Positions 7,794-11,267 of a DNA stretch of 11,267 nt are shown here, piece after piece. The position numbers and the translations under genes were made by a program. The notes below the pieces were generated by a model that made no database searches, was not told the origin of the DNA, and saw nothing but the letters and a program-made list of their open reading frames with translations. Each line of letters starts with the position of its first letter. Within the stretch, counting starts at the first letter, position 1. The stretch is from Planctomycetota bacterium (GTDB lineage Bacteria > Planctomycetota > UBA11346). Location of the stretch: contig JBBQSO010000128.1 in assembly GCA_038213805.1 (NCBI GenBank), forward strand, positions 1 through 11,267, given 5' to 3'.

Positions 7794-8275
7794 CCTTCAA
7801 TCGCATCGACGATCCGCGCATCGCGGCCCATCTGGCGGCGGTGGCCGGGGCACTCGCGGCCGCGCCCGCATCGGCGAACCCCCAGACCGTGCTCGACCAC
7901 CTCCGCGGCCACATCAGCGATGCGCTGGCCGAGCATGCGGCAGACGCAGATCCCGTGGCGACGGTGCTGGCGGAGCTGGATCCACCGGAGGCCTACCGCA
8001 CCGCCGCCGCACCGACCCCCGTTGGCGGCACCCTCGGCTGGTGGGCGTTCGTCCTCAGCCTTGCCGCGCCCCTCACCGGCGTCCTCGCCGGTGTGATCGC
8101 GCACACCGGCGGCCTGGATTCCGGGATCGGCTGGCTGGTGTTCACCGCCCTCGAACTCGCCGCCGCCGCGGCCGGCATCGTCGCCTGGCGCGCCCCCTGG
8201 GGACGCAGCGCCGTGGCCTGCGCGGTCGGCGTGTACGTGGTGCTGCTGGCGCTCGGCGCGCTGTCCCCTCGCTGA
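7790..8275 (+). CDS. HAAS-type (DUF1700-like) signalling domain + 3-TM membrane protein
   Basis: 161 aa from ATG 7790 (ATGA overlap with the padR stop). Helical N-domain 'IAAHLAAVAGAL...VLDHLRGHISDAL...VLAELDPPEAY' followed by three hydrophobic segments. This is the typical PadR partner position. Confidence 0.8.
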   Translation: MTFNRIDDPRIAAHLAAVAGALAAAPASANPQTVLDHLRGHISDALAEHAADADPVATVLAELDPPEAYRTAAAPTPVGGTLGWWAFVLSLAAPLTGVLAGVIAHTGGLDSGIGWLVFTALELAAAAAGIVAWRAPWGRSAVACAVGVYVVLLALGALSPR

Positions 8276-8327
8276 CCTCGAACCGCACAAGCGCCTGCCG
8301 AACGCGCGCTGCAGCCCTGGAGCCGCC

Positions 8328-9608
8328 ATGTCCCCCCTACGCATCCTCTGCTGTCTGCTGGCGCTGGCGACCGTCGTCACCGCCGCCGACCCCGTCGTGC
8401 CGCGCGGCGCCCGCGTGCTGGCCATCGACGTCAATCCTTCCGCGTCGGGCAGCTACGACGCCGCCTGGACGATCGCAGCGGGGTGCGGCATCCAGAACGT
8501 CGGCCTGTCGCTGGATTGGAACCAGTTCGAGACCACACCTGGGACGTTCGCCGATGCGAGCGGCTGGCTGACGATAGCGGATGCCTATTATGCGGCCAAG
8601 GGCGCCACCCTCACATTGACCCTGCGTCCACTGCACAATGCGGTGAAACCGGTTCCGGCCGATCTCGCCGCCACCAGGTTCGAGGACGCCTCCCACACCA
8701 TGGCGACGCGTTTCTGCGCCATGCTCGACTGGGCTATGGCGCGCCTGCCGAACGTGACCATCGAGGCGCTGGTCATCGGCTCGGAGTACGACGTCTACCT
8801 CAACGCCCACCCCAGCGAATGGTCGGACTACGGCTGGTTCGTGTCGCGCGTCGCCGATCACGTGCACGCGGCAGCCTACGCCGCACGCGTGCCACGCATC
8901 GCGGCGGAGGCCACCTACGCCGGCTACCTCAGCCAACCCGCTGGCATCGCTGCCATCAATGGCATCTGCGATGTCGCGGGCGTGTCGTACTACGCCATCG
9001 CCGGCGGCTTCGCGGTCAAGGACCAGTCCACGGTACGCGCCGAGCTCGACAGCCTGCTGCCCTTCGCCAGCGCCAGCAAACCGCTGTGCTTCTACCAGTT
9101 CGGCTGCCCCGCCGCGTGGCGGGATGGCGCCGGCATCGTGCAGGACCGCAGCACCCAGCAGGCCGATTTCATCCGCACCGCCTTCGCCTTCTGGGATGCG
9201 CATCCGTCGGTGGTGCGCCTGGTGGATTTCACCTGGCTGCACGATCTGCCGCCCAGCGCCGTGGCGATCCAGGAGGGTTACTTCGGCCTCGCGGATCCGG
9301 CGTTCGGCACCTTTCTCGGCAGTCTGGGCTTGCGCACCGACGCCGGTGCCGGTGCGGCAAAGCCGGGATGGACCGCCTTGCGCGAAGAGACCTCCCAGCG
9401 CGGCTGGGGTGATCCCTTGACACCAGCGCCCAGCGGAGGTGGCGGTGCGTCAGCGCCAAGCGCTGGTGGCGGGGGTGGTGGAGGTGGCGGGTGCGGCGTG
9501 GGCGGTGGCCTTTCAAGCGTGCTGCTGTGCCTGTCGCTCCTGGCAGCATGCGGCGCAGCGAGGCTGAGCGTCGGGAACGCCTACCGCAGGTCCTCTCCGA
9601 GGAAATAG
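8328..9608 (+). CDS. Secreted clan GH-A-like TIM-barrel protein with Gly-rich linker and C-terminal Cys/TM/basic tail
   Basis: 426 aa; GGAG SD at 8319-8322; signal peptide MSPLRILCCLLALATVVTA. Barrel-like motifs LDWNQFETTPGTF, LVIGSE, DVAGVSYY, KPLCFYQFGCP, QQADF and LGLR...KPGW. Tail G9-CGVGGG-LSSVLLCLSLLAACGAA-RLSVGNAYRRSSPRK. The gene call is solid; the GH-A assignment is less certain. Confidence 0.75.
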   Translation: MSPLRILCCLLALATVVTAADPVVPRGARVLAIDVNPSASGSYDAAWTIAAGCGIQNVGLSLDWNQFETTPGTFADASGWLTIADAYYAAKGATLTLTLRPLHNAVKPVPADLAATRFEDASHTMATRFCAMLDWAMARLPNVTIEALVIGSEYDVYLNAHPSEWSDYGWFVSRVADHVHAAAYAARVPRIAAEATYAGYLSQPAGIAAINGICDVAGVSYYAIAGGFAVKDQSTVRAELDSLLPFASASKPLCFYQFGCPAAWRDGAGIVQDRSTQQADFIRTAFAFWDAHPSVVRLVDFTWLHDLPPSAVAIQEGYFGLADPAFGTFLGSLGLRTDAGAGAAKPGWTALREETSQRGWGDPLTPAPSGGGGASAPSAGGGGGGGGGCGVGGGLSSVLLCLSLLAACGAARLSVGNAYRRSSPRK

Positions 9609-9684
9609 CCCTGTAAAATTGCAGCGCAGCGTAGTTGCCGATCACCAACGAGATCGGGACACCATGCATAAGCGACTCCCGGAT

Positions 9685-9733
9685 CCCAGGGCTCACGCCC
9701 CTGGGCCAGGTCATCTCGCCTGCTGCGCGGGCT
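9685..9733. repeat. REP-like double hairpin
   Basis: CCCAGGG-ctcacgc-CCCTGGG (9685-9705), followed 12 nt later by GCCTGC-tgc-GCGGGC (9718-9732). Only one copy is in the window, so its repetitive nature is inferred. Confidence 0.5.
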
Positions 9734-9784
9734 TTCGCTTGCACGCAATGAAGGTGACTCGCTCCGGTAGGGAGAGCGCTGCAG

Positions 9785-9856
9785 GCAGGCGCCGGATGGC
9801 GGCGCGATGAGGGTTGGTCTTCCAATCAACGCCCCCCTCCGCCATCTGGTATCTGC
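9785..9856 (+). other. Long imperfect stem-loop upstream of the SGNH esterase gene
   Basis: 9785-9802 pairs with 9839-9856 over 18 positions, with one mismatch and three G-U pairs on the + strand. An inner hairpin GGTTGG-tctt-CCAATC lies at 9812-9827. Confidence 0.45.
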
Positions 9857-9930
9857 TGTCTGTGCCCGCTTCGACACGCATGCTCGTGCTCCTGCCCCCA
9901 CAACTTCGCTTCACCTCCCGGAGGAATTCC

Positions 9931-10620
9931 ATGACTCTCGGCAACGCTTCCCTCTGCGCTCTCATCCTCGCCATGCTCGCCATTCCCGTAGCGGGTTGGG
10001 CGGCCGAACCCAAGCCGGTCGATGCCGCCGCCTATCCGGGCGTGATCAAGCTCGCCTGCGTCGGCGACAGCATCACCCAGGGAGCCGGTGCGGAGGGCGG
10101 AAAGTCCTGGCCCGATCAGATCCGGACCCTGCTGGGGGCGAAATGGGAGGTGAAGAATTTCGGGGTCAGCGGCTCGACGCTGCTCACCAGCGGCGACAAG
10201 CCCTATCAGAAGGAAGGGGCGTTCGCCCAGGCGAAGGCCTTCAACCCCGATGTCGTCGTGGTGATGCTCGGCACCAATGACACCAAGCCCCAGAACTGGG
10301 CGCACAAAGATGACTTCGTGAAGGACTACGAGGACATGATCGCGCAGTTCGCCTCGCTGCCCGGCAAACCGCACCTCTACATCTGCTATCCCCCGTACAT
10401 CGCCGGGGCCGGAAACTTCGGCATCAGCGAAGCCAACACCAAGGCCGAATTCGCATTCGTCGACGCAGTCGCCAAGGCTACCAAGGCCGGCATTATCGAC
10501 GTGCATGGCGCCTTGGCCGGCAAGGACGCGCTCATCCCCGATCGGGTGCACCCGAATACCGAAGGCGCGGGCCTGATCGCCAAGGCGGTGCAGCAAGCGC
10601 TGACGGGCAAGGGGCGCTGA
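9931..10620 (+). CDS. Secreted SGNH/GDSL hydrolase (carbohydrate O-acetylesterase-like)
   Basis: 229 aa from ATG 9931 with GGAGG SD (9920-9924) and a signal peptide. SGNH blocks VGDSIT, NFGVSG, LGTND and DRVHPN are all intact. Confidence 0.93.
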   Translation: MTLGNASLCALILAMLAIPVAGWAAEPKPVDAAAYPGVIKLACVGDSITQGAGAEGGKSWPDQIRTLLGAKWEVKNFGVSGSTLLTSGDKPYQKEGAFAQAKAFNPDVVVVMLGTNDTKPQNWAHKDDFVKDYEDMIAQFASLPGKPHLYICYPPYIAGAGNFGISEANTKAEFAFVDAVAKATKAGIIDVHGALAGKDALIPDRVHPNTEGAGLIAKAVQQALTGKGR

Positions 10621-10684
10621 TCCGGGCACGTCGCCCATCCCTCCCCCGTTCCGGACCGATGCCGTCCGTCCGCCAGGAGCCTCC

Positions 10685-11267
10685 ATGCACATCCTCATCA
10701 CCGGCGGCGCCGGCTTCATCGGCGTGCGCTTGGCGCGCCGGCTGCTGGCCGACAACCACCTGCGCACCGCCGCCGGCCCGCAGCCAATCACGCGGCTGAC
10801 CGTGCTCGACCACGTGCCGGCCAGCGGCCTGCCGGATGATCCGCGCATCCGCGTGCTGACCGGCGACGCGGCCAATGCCGCACTGTTGGGATCCATCATC
10901 GGCGATGGCGTCGCTGCGGTATTCCACCTCGCGGCGGTGGTCAGCGTCGCCGCCGAGCGCGATTTCGATCTCGGCATGACCGTCAACCTGCACGGCACCC
11001 TCGCGCTGCTCGAGGCCTGCCGCGCGACTGGACGAGCCCCGTTGTTCATCAAGGCAAGTTCGGCCGCGGTCTACGGCGGACCATTGGCGCCCGAGGTCGG
11101 CGAGGACACCGCGTTGTATCCGCAGACCTCATACGGCATGCAGAAGGCTGTCGGCGAACTGCTGGTCGATGACTACAGCCGCAAGGGCTTCATCGACGGC
11201 CGCGCCGCGCGGCTCATGACGGTGTCGGTGCGGCCTGGCCGACCCAATGGCGCGGCGTCCAGCTTTC
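10685..11267 (+). CDS. denD: NAD-dependent extended SDR, D-erythronate dehydrogenase-like (3' end outside window)
   Basis: Manual translation (not in the ORF track) from ATG 10685, with SD AGGAG at 10675-10679. Motifs MHILITGGAGFIG, VFHLAAVVS, DFDLGMTVN, catalytic YGMQK, DYSRKGFIDGR and VRPGRPNGAASSF, the last characteristic of DenD-like proteins. Confidence 0.8.
   Translation, partial: MHILITGGAGFIGVRLARRLLADNHLRTAAGPQPITRLTVLDHVPASGLPDDPRIRVLTGDAANAALLGSIIGDGVAAVFHLAAVVSVAAERDFDLGMTVNLHGTLALLEACRATGRAPLFIKASSAAVYGGPLAPEVGEDTALYPQTSYGMQKAVGELLVDDYSRKGFIDGRAARLMTVSVRPGRPNGAASSF

Noticed and set aside
9465..9491. GGN low-complexity tract as a contingency repeat
   Set aside because: Mixed Gly codons (GGT/GGC/GGG/GGA) point to selection on a protein linker rather than a slippage tract.
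9771..9801. Glycine riboswitch-like GGAGAG...CGCCGGATGGCG
   Set aside because: It lacks the CCGAAG core and the downstream CTCTCAGG element, and the downstream gene is unrelated to glycine metabolism.
9752..9916. 6S RNA call for the rod-like fold
   Set aside because: No convincing central bubble, promoter or typical zapA/ygfA context. Kept only as an unclassified candidate structure.
2884..10639. CGCCCATC recurring near gene ends (2884, 7314, 7397, 10632)
   Set aside because: An 8-mer in high-GC DNA with inconsistent orientation relative to transcription; it cannot be distinguished from chance without genome-wide counts.

Overview
GC-rich bacterial window; the large PVC-type heme protein suggests Planctomycetota or Verrucomicrobiota (inference). 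Bases 1-2638 are mobile DNA. The left end of an IS3-family element (1-140, minus strand, missed by the ORF track) abuts an IS21-family element that has no visible left IR, an istA broken by two in-frame stops, an intact istB and a clear right end at 2638. That right end appears to cut a minus-strand gene. Next is a ~1108-aa secreted protein with a beta-propeller, HEAT repeats and a CxxCH cytochrome c domain (minus strand). The plus-strand run that follows encodes a DUF1223 CxxC protein, a probably leaderless PadR regulator coupled to a HAAS-type membrane protein, and a secreted clan GH-A-like protein. After a structured intergenic region come an SGNH esterase and a DenD-like SDR that runs off the window. 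The strongest candidate for something undescribed is the GH-A-like protein: it has Gln at the expected nucleophile position, ends in a Gly9-Cys/hydrophobic/basic tail resembling a C-terminal sorting signal, and sits directly behind the PadR/HAAS pair. All family calls come from motif recognition by eye, not database searches.
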